From: a virus
Lineage: Duplodnaviria; Caudoviricetes
DNA: 58,443 nucleotides
Virus record (IMG/VR): IMGVR_UViG_3300020151_000200
Span: 1 to 58,443 of that record
Strand: one strand, 5' to 3'
A program made the translations under genes and the position numbers. The notes beneath the pieces were generated by a model. It ran no database searches, was not told the DNA's origin, and saw nothing but the letters and a program-made list of their open reading frames with translations. This document shows positions 40,601-48,390 of the stretch, in pieces (positions within the stretch are counted from its first letter, which is position 1; each line of letters begins with the position of its first letter).

Positions 40601-43600
40601 TTTTAATCAAAAAATATTAGATATATTAAAAACTAATGGTATTGACTTAAGGCCATCTGATTTAACAATACTAAGCGGAGAAAATGGCGGTATTACGGAA
40701 ATTGACTTTGAAGCAAGAAAAAATGCATTAAATATTAGTAATAGTCAAGAAGCAACTATAAAATCTTTAAAACCTTCAAAAACACTAAAAGGTATTTCTG
40801 TTTTTGATTTTGATGATACTGTTGGATTAACGAAAGGTAGTGTGCTATACACAATGCCGGGTGATCAACCAGTTTACCACGGCGCTCCTAAAGGAAAAGA
40901 TGTTACAAAAATCAGTGATAAGGGAGTTAAGTTTTTTGCTACAGATATAAGAGAAGCAAATGAATATGCCAGAATGAATTCTGGTACAACACAGCAATTT
41001 GTTATAAATAATTCTCAAGTTGTTGATGAAGATGTTGCTATAAATAAAATGAAAGAATTGGGTTTAACCCCAAAAAATAATGAATTTGAGATAGATGATG
41101 TTTCTTTTTATGAGTTAATAGACATACGCTTTGAGGAGTCATTAAGCAAAGCGGATATAACAAAATTATTTGACGCTCTAAAAAAAGACAATATAAAAGC
41201 TATAAGTTACAGTGATGGAGCCCAAGTTAGCGGTAGGTTTACAACAAGTATTGCGGTAATTGATACATCTATAATATCTGAGCCTAAAAAATTAAACGCA
41301 GAGGAGTTTGCTAAAAATGGATCTAAACTTTTGGAAGAAGGTGCAGTATTTGATTTTTCTGAATTTAGCAAGGTCGTAGACGGCAAACCTGGGCCTATGG
41401 TTGAAAAAATGAAGAAGATGATTGGTAAATTTGGACCAGATAATTTCTTTATTCTTACGGCTCGTCCTGCTAATGCAGCAGTACCTATACACGAATTTTT
41501 ATCATCAATAGGTATTGATATCCCGTTAGAAAACATAACAGGATTAGGCAATAGTACAGCCCAAGCAAAAGCGGATTGGATGACTGCGAAAGCAGCAGAA
41601 GGATATAATGATTTTTACTTTGCTGACGATGCTCCACAAAATGTAGAAGCCGTTAAAAAAGCTCTAGAGGTTCCTGGTATAACTTCAAAAGTGCAACAAG
41701 CACGTCTTAAGTTTTCTTTAACTTCTAAACAAGATTTAAAATGGAAGCAAGGAGATGAAGATTTATCAACAAAATTTACAGTTGGCAATATAGATTATAG
41801 AATTTCTATGATTGAAACAGCATACATGGAATATGACGACGATGTACAAAAAACATTATTTGATTTAGTAGAAAAAAATGGCCTCGACGAAGAAACAACT
41901 ATAGCCGCTTATGACGGGGAAGCATACAACTTAGAATTTTGGGATAAGAAAAAAGGCAATGGAATAACTGGTTCTGGTAATGCAGCTGAAGTATTTGGAA
42001 TAGTAATAAATGGAGTGGCGGACAAAGTTAAAAAGAAAAATATTGAGGCATTAGTATTTACGGCAAAAGAACCTAGCAGAATTAAGTTATATAATTCAAT
42101 GGCAGAAGTTGTCGCTAATAAATTAGGATGGGGTGCTTATTATAAAGATGGTGTTTATATATTAGCAAAAAAACCTAAAACAATTGGAGCTACAACTGGA
42201 GTAGGAAGCTTAAAACCCGTTCAAGACGTTTTAAAAGTAGTTGACATTAAATCACCTATCCAGCAAAATAAAATTAAGTTTAGTAAAACCATGTCTGATG
42301 ATTTTAATAGAATCATTGAAGAAAATAAAGGAGTAGAAAGTTATAAGGTATTCTCTGATATTACTGCAAGAAGAAGAGGTATAAAGAAAAATAGATTTGA
42401 CTTATACGTTCCACCATCTGCAGCGGACTTTGAATTATTACTTTACAATTTTATGGGTAAAGGAGAGTTAGGTGAAGAACAAAAGAAATTCTTCCAGGAT
42501 GCTTTAATGACTCCATATATAAACGGGGTTGATATGATGGATGCGGTAAGACAATCTATTAAGAGAGAATACAAAGCATTGTTAAAATCGTTTCCTGAAG
42601 TTAAAAAAGAACTTGAAAAGTTAACTCCTAATAAAGACTTTACATATGATCAAGCAATGCGAGTTGCAATATGGAGTCAATATGGTACGGAAATTCCTGG
42701 GTTATCTCAAAGAGACGTAACTTATTTAACTGATCTTATTAATAATGATCCAGAACTTGCTGCATTTAAAGACGGATTAATAGTGATGGGTAGACAAAAA
42801 GATGGGTGGTTACCTCCAGGTACTTTTTGGGACTCTGATACTATTGTTTCTGACCTATATAATATAACAGAAGGATCTGGTAGAAAGAAATTCTTAGCAG
42901 AGTTTATTGAAAACACAGAAAATATTTTTGGCAAATGGGAAGACGGCAGATTAGTTGGTCCTAATATGAATAAAGTAGAAGCTGTTTACGGAACAAACGT
43001 TAGAGAAGCGTTAGAAGATTCTATATACAGAATGATAAACGGTAAGAATAGAAGCTTTGGGCAGGATAAAGAAACAACCGCATGGAGTAGCTGGGTGAAT
43101 GGTTCAACAGGAGCAATCATGTTCTTGAACACTCGTTCTGCTGCATTGCAGATGCTAGGGGCAGTTAACTTTTTAAACTGGAGAGACAACAATCCATTCA
43201 ATGCTGGTAAAGCGTTTTTAAACCAACCACAATACTGGAAAGACTTTGCTCGTATATGGAATTCAGATAAGCTAAAAGAAAGACGTGGGGGATTAAGAGA
43301 AGATGTTGCTTCTGCTGAGATTGCTAATGCCGCAGCTGGAAGTAAAAATAAAGTAGTTGCGGTAACATCGTATTTATTAAAGATTGGATATACGCCAACA
43401 CAATTAGCGGATAGTTTCGCTATTGCTTCTGGAGGTGCTCCTTTCTATAGAAATAGAATTAACTCTTATTTAAAAGAAGGGTTAACAGAGCAAGAGGCAG
43501 AGTCAAAAGCATGGCAAGACTTTTCTAAAGTATCTGATGAAACACAGCAATCAGGCGATCCAAAAGATATATCAAAGCAGCAGTCAAGTAGCGCAGGTAG

Positions 43601-44549
43601 ATTACTATTAGTATTCCAAAACTTTACAATGCAGCAATCCCGTATCGTTAAGAAAGCTGTATTAGATCTTAAAAATGGTAGAGGTGATGCTAAAACTAAT
43701 ATAGCTAAAATAGCTTATTACTTAGCGGTACAGAATATAATGTTCTCTACATTACAACAAGGTTTATTCGCTGTTATGTTTGATGACGATGATGATGAAG
43801 AAAAAAAGAAAAAGAAAAAAACCGATGCAGCTATTGATGTTGCAAATGGAGTACTAGATAGTATACTTAGAGGTACTGGTTTTGTTGGGGGTGTTGCAGC
43901 AACATTAAAGAATACTGTAGTTAAATACCTTGAGGAAAGGGCAAAAAAACAAAAAGCAGAATATGCTAAGGTTGTTCTTGAAGCAGCAAATATGTCTCCC
44001 CCAATTGGATCTAAACTAAGAAAAACATATAGTGCGTTACAACAAACTAAATATGATAAGGACTTAATAGAAGCAAGAGGATGGGGAGTTATGCAAGATG
44101 GTAGAGTTCACTTAGGCCCTATGTACTCTGTAACAGGAAAACTTGTTGAGGTTGGAACTAACTTCCCTATGGACCGATTAGTTAATAAGGTTGAGAATGT
44201 ATCACAAGCCTTTAATTCTGAAAATACTGCTGTGCAAAGACTTGCAACAGGAATGGGTTATTCACCTTGGACAGTTGGTATTGAAGGAACAAAAGGAGAT
44301 ATACTTATAAAAGAAACTGCTAAAGCAAAACGAAAAGAAGAGGGGTTAATTAAAGCTAAACAAACACGAAGAGAAAATGCTGAAAGATTAAAAGATAGTA
44401 TTAGAGGTTTATCAATACCAGAAAGAAAAGCGTACAGACTTAAAGTAGCCTTAGAGAAAAGAGAAAAGAGAAAAGAAAGAGCTTTAGAAAAAAGAGAGGA
44501 AAGACGTAAGAAATTAGAAATGTTCAAAAAGTTAAACGCAAATGAATAG
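34668..44549 (+). CDS. Giant multidomain (polyvalent) virion or ejection protein
   Basis: 3293 aa. HEVLH zincin at 37677, sigma-like segment at about 38430-38650, WEHVMP at about 40370, HAD motifs DFDDT/ILTARP/FADD, nested YHG ART-like domain, helical C-terminus. Confidence 0.85.
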   Translation: MLEYELNGKIYTEEDLIKAAGGKDKLPAYIKSKGFKPASKKTKQPAKLDERFGEDVYKKTFGFENPAKDQFSEINKTKKKKPVVKKWNEVVTWEDLKAEETSVAENLQKRVARFGLTPEEKVFGVNRITLRGDKKQQLEHVVDPSGISTGMYDLPEVVVGADASKEELIASAKILNDYIGKYGNKDYIQKVKKENPNLVRDAEQKIQAPTRPWETKVKEYNEDLISEFKNKEESIKSRLRANSGYMSASQRKYIDAVKPTKKDFDSPEKYNLYEYWKKTGQIQLPSEVKLEKFIKEKNDNYRVSKSAELMSDAPQEQRTMLLALESEREDKAIEGKVKLSVESDELDKAGKALSEKIAKFQKTPPTKQEYDEIQKEYFALQNRSNAYNKEALALNRDFNNIKAVSEAASKDYSRLNQTGSLLKQTALGIGGGIMDISTTLMAAADTANPLPYSIKKNLLKETLLDPIYSEQKAASKELESYQRDLQIKDIKSMKDFGRWGAGILTQMPSSMAMAVTGEAALPLFFLSGYGSKQYEIASLQESALSRLQYNADQINKGLVAAEDMADVQKQIASDKKTLNISEGAKLTSQVLAGAAEVLLEKYGTLGIIKQTDNILRAIPPQEIKRQLKVIGKEMGKSAGVESWTEGLTQLANNFGDIHLLGQDKNYFDGVPDAMAGGAFMGPGFAAMGGAGTVSNNITKAVVSELTSKEEFKARNRKLDEIKKLTGLEDITGLTKKDLNKLTLQPPVKKAVEELIDQIDGEDLRVLDRLGKDFSMEDAKKVGDLNQKLRKITKDWNEASKTVGIDDAQLRSLKEYYQKQYNEVFAAREAMLTDKQLTGKNKKENAQKRIIFEATAGYGLYNYRLTRKTYLEKLAGFDKLSSEEKQKYNDLALSELNQDATMDQLSNKEVDSKARELYAGEEIGKQLDRDIQAANDFSTELGLNIKVETVNSEKELLEKYDKIIDEEELNDLLSGKTNGFNIDDNTLVIYKPNAIKNGHTSTGSHEVLHTVLSKAFKNNQEEANKNGIKLLEYLKTAQPSLYAAVEERMKAYTPDYAAYGEEVFNALSDSFSDGKIPNDDVFTQISKVINKITKGAFGTSSTFDIKNISTDSGKALFDTIKAYSQKAGAKKTKSGQNIRFIYSDTEDKAAEGAPATGFKASKTKVAEVQKKIDDLEDQLDNGEIDYEDYESRLKIFEADLAKAKLTPEEAPKPEVKKVEVSEEEADKEIIKNERSSLSSDKVQKIYDEKGLNGAQDIIDLFKPITKKLVNRRMDAPGFDRELLTDEIETGTGGILDLISKYKPESGIPLAAFINKYLPVRAIAASRRVLDKDFSKDVTEEKGLIAEETASETKEKPKYKNALESNVFEPDVLKTLSNKIISVTRTLKNRIDAPITLNRTVTPLISEIRDEVGRLLDIDVKTAMGGKKDDQLKKWLLKNKRYVLENMTTTWLMGKDGVGGMPQAIQKQIDGKWVSYPDWVGKKIDREKTTTDQAGRTSGAELVRRLPNVNNNVSNEVYLAQVLEPSGNPIRGRKESLAKAVAEESAFDIINNDLENEGPIFEALSTNQQRLGYELTNAFAVEIAKQSERGNIKFSKTNVNAVDKIGTEFYNFYKDLDTNNKALVFNYLDNREFKGIDDNIKNELDDILNRWETAYINNSDKILNKINIERRKKFKEEYPKVESFNKYFEKEKEDIRVSKTAALGLSNTGLNFIKNNQEEISEIQNYAFNNIKKEVNNAKTDKEKTELVDNFLRTYRAVFTGGEKGLWFVGSNSELLKKLENEIKDFKDLGYKIKQIGKNGIIVDKNGINPTYVEEQSTKTTDIKGIIENGIDSLNKNRSIQSETSLNTIMTFSEAIKNSGMSPKAKALAIILMRTSTYSPLRTLAKVDSIILDKSKKNTDDYTWEHVMPVDELVRNIMSYALDLPFADKPVTTKENLKTLLGESKISLLPKNINNILNTLLKSQMPSNWKMGDNIYEARYFNQKILDILKTNGIDLRPSDLTILSGENGGITEIDFEARKNALNISNSQEATIKSLKPSKTLKGISVFDFDDTVGLTKGSVLYTMPGDQPVYHGAPKGKDVTKISDKGVKFFATDIREANEYARMNSGTTQQFVINNSQVVDEDVAINKMKELGLTPKNNEFEIDDVSFYELIDIRFEESLSKADITKLFDALKKDNIKAISYSDGAQVSGRFTTSIAVIDTSIISEPKKLNAEEFAKNGSKLLEEGAVFDFSEFSKVVDGKPGPMVEKMKKMIGKFGPDNFFILTARPANAAVPIHEFLSSIGIDIPLENITGLGNSTAQAKADWMTAKAAEGYNDFYFADDAPQNVEAVKKALEVPGITSKVQQARLKFSLTSKQDLKWKQGDEDLSTKFTVGNIDYRISMIETAYMEYDDDVQKTLFDLVEKNGLDEETTIAAYDGEAYNLEFWDKKKGNGITGSGNAAEVFGIVINGVADKVKKKNIEALVFTAKEPSRIKLYNSMAEVVANKLGWGAYYKDGVYILAKKPKTIGATTGVGSLKPVQDVLKVVDIKSPIQQNKIKFSKTMSDDFNRIIEENKGVESYKVFSDITARRRGIKKNRFDLYVPPSAADFELLLYNFMGKGELGEEQKKFFQDALMTPYINGVDMMDAVRQSIKREYKALLKSFPEVKKELEKLTPNKDFTYDQAMRVAIWSQYGTEIPGLSQRDVTYLTDLINNDPELAAFKDGLIVMGRQKDGWLPPGTFWDSDTIVSDLYNITEGSGRKKFLAEFIENTENIFGKWEDGRLVGPNMNKVEAVYGTNVREALEDSIYRMINGKNRSFGQDKETTAWSSWVNGSTGAIMFLNTRSAALQMLGAVNFLNWRDNNPFNAGKAFLNQPQYWKDFARIWNSDKLKERRGGLREDVASAEIANAAAGSKNKVVAVTSYLLKIGYTPTQLADSFAIASGGAPFYRNRINSYLKEGLTEQEAESKAWQDFSKVSDETQQSGDPKDISKQQSSSAGRLLLVFQNFTMQQSRIVKKAVLDLKNGRGDAKTNIAKIAYYLAVQNIMFSTLQQGLFAVMFDDDDDEEKKKKKKTDAAIDVANGVLDSILRGTGFVGGVAATLKNTVVKYLEERAKKQKAEYAKVVLEAANMSPPIGSKLRKTYSALQQTKYDKDLIEARGWGVMQDGRVHLGPMYSVTGKLVEVGTNFPMDRLVNKVENVSQAFNSENTAVQRLATGMGYSPWTVGIEGTKGDILIKETAKAKRKEEGLIKAKQTRRENAERLKDSIRGLSIPERKAYRLKVALEKREKRKERALEKREERRKKLEMFKKLNANE

Positions 44550-44575
44550 AATAGGCACCATACCTAAAGTTGCGT

Positions 44576-44613
44576 AAAAAAGAAGGGGACCACATAAGTG
44601 AATCCCCTCTTTT
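44576..44613. terminator. Bidirectional terminator between the convergent arms
   Basis: A-tract, GAAGGGGA...TCCCCTC stem, then T-tract. Confidence 0.85.
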
Positions 44614-44614
44614 A

Positions 44615-44827
44615 TTATTCTGTTGTTTCCTCTTTTTCTTTAAGTTCTTCTTTTGCTTTTTCAGATATTAAATTTATAGCGTGTTCATAACCAGGCATTT
44701 CTTTTATTAATTGATAAACGCCAACTGACATAGTCTTGGTATTCTCAAGTTCGGTTAACATAAAATCTACTATTCGAGTTAAAGATTCTATCTTATTCCT
44801 CATCATTACTAATTCGTTTTCTTTCAT
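44615..44827 (-). CDS. Hypothetical protein
   Basis: 70 aa, coupled to the upstream gene. Confidence 0.7.
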   Translation of the reverse strand: MKENELVMMRNKIESLTRIVDFMLTELENTKTMSVGVYQLIKEMPGYEHAINLISEKAKEELKEKEETTE

Positions 44828-45387
44828 TTTTTTATTTTATAAAACATTACAAATACTATTCTACTCTCTACAAATTCATTAGGATATTTACTATGAAAGT
44901 AATTACAAGGATAAGATATCAATCTATTTTTTTTATGACCTATAATAGATTTTAAATCCCATAAATCAAGATCATTAGCATCCTCATTTAATAATCTATT
45001 TTGTTCTGCAAGACTAACATTTTCAAATCTATCCCCATGCTTTTTATGCTCCCAAAAAGCCGTGCCATTTAATCCTTTTTGTTTACAATCAGATATATAC
45101 AATACACAAGCTCTATCAGGTTGTTGTCCTTCTATTATAGAATCATTATGAATACGCCAATCACGATCTTGGCCTTCTTTAGCTTCACGCATAAAGCCTA
45201 ATATAGGTTCTATTCTATGACCCTCTAAATCCTCAAGTTCAAATTTTATAATTTGCATAATTGGGGCAGGGACTTCCTTAACCCAAAAGGATTTTCCAGG
45301 GGTTTTTACTTCCTGGAATTCATCCTTATTGGTTCGTAACAAATCAATTAAATTTATATCTAAAAAATCATCTTTTATATAGATCAT
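44824..45387 (-). CDS. 2OG-Fe(II) oxygenase superfamily protein
   Basis: RIHND (HxD), ACVLYIS, GTAFW, NRLISY, YFHS (distal His) and terminal R. Confidence 0.8.
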   Translation of the reverse strand: MIYIKDDFLDINLIDLLRTNKDEFQEVKTPGKSFWVKEVPAPIMQIIKFELEDLEGHRIEPILGFMREAKEGQDRDWRIHNDSIIEGQQPDRACVLYISDCKQKGLNGTAFWEHKKHGDRFENVSLAEQNRLLNEDANDLDLWDLKSIIGHKKNRLISYPCNYFHSKYPNEFVESRIVFVMFYKIKK

Positions 45388-47255
45388 ACCACTTCACAAT
45401 TACCACCACCGCAGGCAGCAGAGTCACTAAAATTTGTATTGTCTTGTATTTCAATTACTTTTGAAAGATCTACGTTGTGTAATGTAGACATCATCTGTTC
45501 GTATACTTCTTTAGTACAGTCTTCAAACGGCGTTTGCTTATATGTACCTCCGTGATAAGGCAATACAGATAAACCATTATAGTATTCTTTATTTGCCCAC
45601 ATCCATTCGCCAACGATTTTCCATTCATCATCACGCACAGAAACAGTGCAAGAAACGTTATGAGTGTTATTACCTTTGTCATGACCTTGTTTAACCCAAT
45701 CTTTAGAAATTAATTTAACTCTCTCTAACAAATCTAATGTTGATTCGTGTCGTGTTATGGCTCCATCTGGAGCTTTCTGAGGCACAGAAACAACTGCTTG
45801 TAATGTTGGATTAAAATATTCATCTTCGATCAGTTCTGGATGATTTATTGCAAGATAAGAATAGATTGCTTCATTCTTACCTAAACGCATACGGCGAATG
45901 TAATAATCGTTATGCCAAGCGTGAATACCACTAGACGTACCAAGCACAAGAGAAGTAGTGCCAGCTGGTTTAACAGCGGTAGTTCTTGCAGCTCTGTTAA
46001 TGTTGAGGGCAGCAGAAATAACGTTATTGGTTTCTTTAACAACTCTAGCGGCTTCTTCATAATCTAAACATTGTATATTGTGTTTTGATGCAATGCCGGT
46101 CATTGATACCCCAAGCAATGCATCTTTTTCTGTGTTTTTTCTCCATATATCTCTTAAGTAGTGAAAGTCTGAATACGATGCTTGCAATGTGCCAATGAAT
46201 GCTGCGGCAGATGCTCTGGCATTAAAGTCTTCTTGACTTTCAATATCAGCCATATTGATTTCTGTAAGATTACAAAACTGATATGGTCTCAAAGCAATCT
46301 CACAACAAGGATTAGTACCCCAATCTTTATCATTAGTAAGGTAAATACCAGGCTCACCAGATCCAGACGCCTCAATACGTTCCCATACTTTATCAAATGT
46401 TCTCTTATCAATCTTATGCCTTAACAATACTACAGAATTATTTGACCTACCTCTTTGCGGGTTATCTTCCCACCAATTACCAGCTTTACAATTTAACATT
46501 GCGTCTGAATCAAGATCAAACAAACTAATCATTGCTGCTCTACGAATACCACCAGCTAAAACTGCATCGGCGATATGACACTGAATATCATGGCACTCAA
46601 TATCTGTTAGTTTAGATCTATCATCTTTTTCACGTAGTACAGCTTCAATCTTTACCAGCGCAATTCTTAATGGTTCAGGGCCTGGTGCTTTACCTCCCGC
46701 AGTCAATAGTAAAGCTCCCTTAGCTCTTATATCAGAGAAGTCAAACTCTATATGTGAAGTTAACCCTCCGGTATAGGATTTAAACAAAGCCTTAACTGCG
46801 TCTGCCCAGCCAATTATACTATCCTGAACAACATACTTTTTCTTACGATTGTAATTAGGTTTTCTAATTTCAGGAAGTTTCTCAATGTGGTGGTTCTGGA
46901 CCGAATAACCAACGCCAGTCCCTCCAAGCAATAGAAACATAGTCTCAGAAAAACTATAAATACTATCAACAGGTAGGAAAGCACAGTTATAAACGCGAGC
47001 ATTATTAAGCTCAATAGCTTTACCACCAAACTGCAAGCTTCGCATCGAAGGTAAAACTTTTTTAGTAAATACAAAATTCTTATAAACTTGTTCAATTGAT
47101 TCTTTCATTGTGGGAAACTTTGCAGTGTGCATTTCCATATTGCGTGTTACTAACTCTTCCCAGGTTTCTCTTCTTTCTTTTTCCGGTAAATATTTAGCAT
47201 ACTTAGTGTATACCGTAATATCACTTAATATTTGCTTATCTAAGCTTAAACTCAT
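45384..47255 (-). CDS. nrdJ: Class II (B12-dependent, RTPR-type) ribonucleotide reductase
   Basis: YNCAF, TNPCCEI, FCNLTE, VKPAGT and C-terminal ACGGGNC. Start taken at MSLSLD; the track extends to 47282. Confidence 0.92.
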   Translation of the reverse strand: MSLSLDKQILSDITVYTKYAKYLPEKERRETWEELVTRNMEMHTAKFPTMKESIEQVYKNFVFTKKVLPSMRSLQFGGKAIELNNARVYNCAFLPVDSIYSFSETMFLLLGGTGVGYSVQNHHIEKLPEIRKPNYNRKKKYVVQDSIIGWADAVKALFKSYTGGLTSHIEFDFSDIRAKGALLLTAGGKAPGPEPLRIALVKIEAVLREKDDRSKLTDIECHDIQCHIADAVLAGGIRRAAMISLFDLDSDAMLNCKAGNWWEDNPQRGRSNNSVVLLRHKIDKRTFDKVWERIEASGSGEPGIYLTNDKDWGTNPCCEIALRPYQFCNLTEINMADIESQEDFNARASAAAFIGTLQASYSDFHYLRDIWRKNTEKDALLGVSMTGIASKHNIQCLDYEEAARVVKETNNVISAALNINRAARTTAVKPAGTTSLVLGTSSGIHAWHNDYYIRRMRLGKNEAIYSYLAINHPELIEDEYFNPTLQAVVSVPQKAPDGAITRHESTLDLLERVKLISKDWVKQGHDKGNNTHNVSCTVSVRDDEWKIVGEWMWANKEYYNGLSVLPYHGGTYKQTPFEDCTKEVYEQMMSTLHNVDLSKVIEIQDNTNFSDSAACGGGNCEVV

Positions 47256-47271
47256 ATTTATATTATTGTTT

Positions 47272-47457
47272 TTAATTATCAATTTCTAATGCAAAATCTA
47301 TAAATGGCAAGTATAATACATGCGTTTTAAAATCTACTTCCTCATATGTTCTTACACCAAATAATATTCCTGGATATACTCCTATAGAGAATGTCCAGTA
47401 CCTTCCTTGTGGTTCTTCTGGTAATGGTGTTGGTACAACTTCTTTTTTCTTTGTCAT
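47272..47457 (-). CDS. Hypothetical protein
   Basis: 61 aa, YPGILFG.R.Y...HVLYLPF. Confidence 0.7.
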   Translation of the reverse strand: MTKKKEVVPTPLPEEPQGRYWTFSIGVYPGILFGVRTYEEVDFKTHVLYLPFIDFALEIDN

Positions 47458-47459
47458 AA

Positions 47460-47636
47460 TTAATAATTGTTATTGGTTAAATTTAATTCCTCTTGTTTAT
47501 TTAATATGTCTTTATATTTTATTCTGCCTTTAATTTCAAATGACCATCTAATCCATTTATCAAATTGTCTTTCAGCGTATTTTTTTCTTGCTAATCTTTT
47601 CTCTTCTTGAGAATTAACTTCACGGTCTCTAAACAT
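47460..47636 (-). CDS. 58-aa hypothetical protein (not in ORF track)
   Basis: Manual translation MFRDREVNSQEEKRLARKKYAERQIDKWIRWSFEIKGRIKYKDILNKQEELNLTNNNY. Fills the gap. Confidence 0.5.
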   Translation of the reverse strand: MFRDREVNSQEEKRLARKKYAERQFDKWIRWSFEIKGRIKYKDILNKQEELNLTNNNY

Positions 47637-48037
47637 TGATCTTGATTTTGCGGTTTATATAATGTTCTTTTGTCATTCATTAAGTGCATTAGGTATTTAA
47701 ACATCTTCCAGCGTAAAGGAAAAGACTCATTAGCTCTACCTTTTGTTTCAATAATAAAGTCTTCGCCAATAAAATCAGGTGTATATTTTATATTAAGAAC
47801 TTTCTTATTACCTCTATTTATAAAATCACCTTTACCATTTGATTGCCGTTCATAACAATCATTTTTAAATAAAAAGCTAGGTAATAATTCAAATGATTCG
47901 TCTTCATATCTAAATTCTATTTTAGCATCTCTTAAAGACTTATACATAAACTTTTCAAGGCCAGAAGCAAAGGTAATGCCGTTATACATTACCTTTTTTG
48001 CAACTACTGGGCCTTTCTTTTTTGATCGTTTAATCAT
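47591..48037 (-). CDS. T7 endonuclease I-like Holliday junction resolvase
   Basis: FASGLE, YTPDF and IIETKG PD-(D/E)xK motifs. Confidence 0.85.
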   Translation of the reverse strand: MIKRSKKKGPVVAKKVMYNGITFASGLEKFMYKSLRDAKIEFRYEDESFELLPSFLFKNDCYERQSNGKGDFINRGNKKVLNIKYTPDFIGEDFIIETKGRANESFPLRWKMFKYLMHLMNDKRTLYKPQNQDQCLETVKLILKKRKD

Positions 48038-48389
48038 CTATTTCAACTGTATACCAAAGATCACGCCCAAGACCATTGTTCCATTCTAAACGTTTCTTCT
48101 TCTTTTTTTTTACTTTAACTTCAAAAGCATCTATAACATCAATATCGTTTAGCTCTCTTAGCAATGCTTTTTCTTCTCGCAATGTTGTTATTTCTTCTTT
48201 TAATCTTTGTAAATATAATGTAGCATCCATTAACTCTTCCTGCAAATGATTAAGCCAAGCAAATACATCAGAGCTATCATCACGCAATGTTTTGCCATAC
48301 TTTGCAAAGCCAATATCAGATCTATCTACAAACTTATTTACTACAGATTGTACAACTGGATCTCTAAATTCAATTTCTTGTTTTGTCAT
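48030..48389 (-). CDS. All-alpha NTP pyrophosphohydrolase-like protein
   Basis: G.AKYG...WLNHLQEELMDATLY (EExxD). Confidence 0.55.
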   Translation of the reverse strand: MTKQEIEFRDPVVQSVVNKFVDRSDIGFAKYGKTLRDDSSDVFAWLNHLQEELMDATLYLQRLKEEITTLREEKALLRELNDIDVIDAFEVKVKKKKKKRLEWNNGLGRDLWYTVEIDD

Positions 48390-48390
48390 A

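Noticed and set aside
34668-44549. Virion RNA polymerase as in crAss-like or N4 phages
   Set aside because: No DxDGD-type or single-subunit polymerase motif recognised. DFDDT fits HAD motif I, with matching motifs II-IV downstream.
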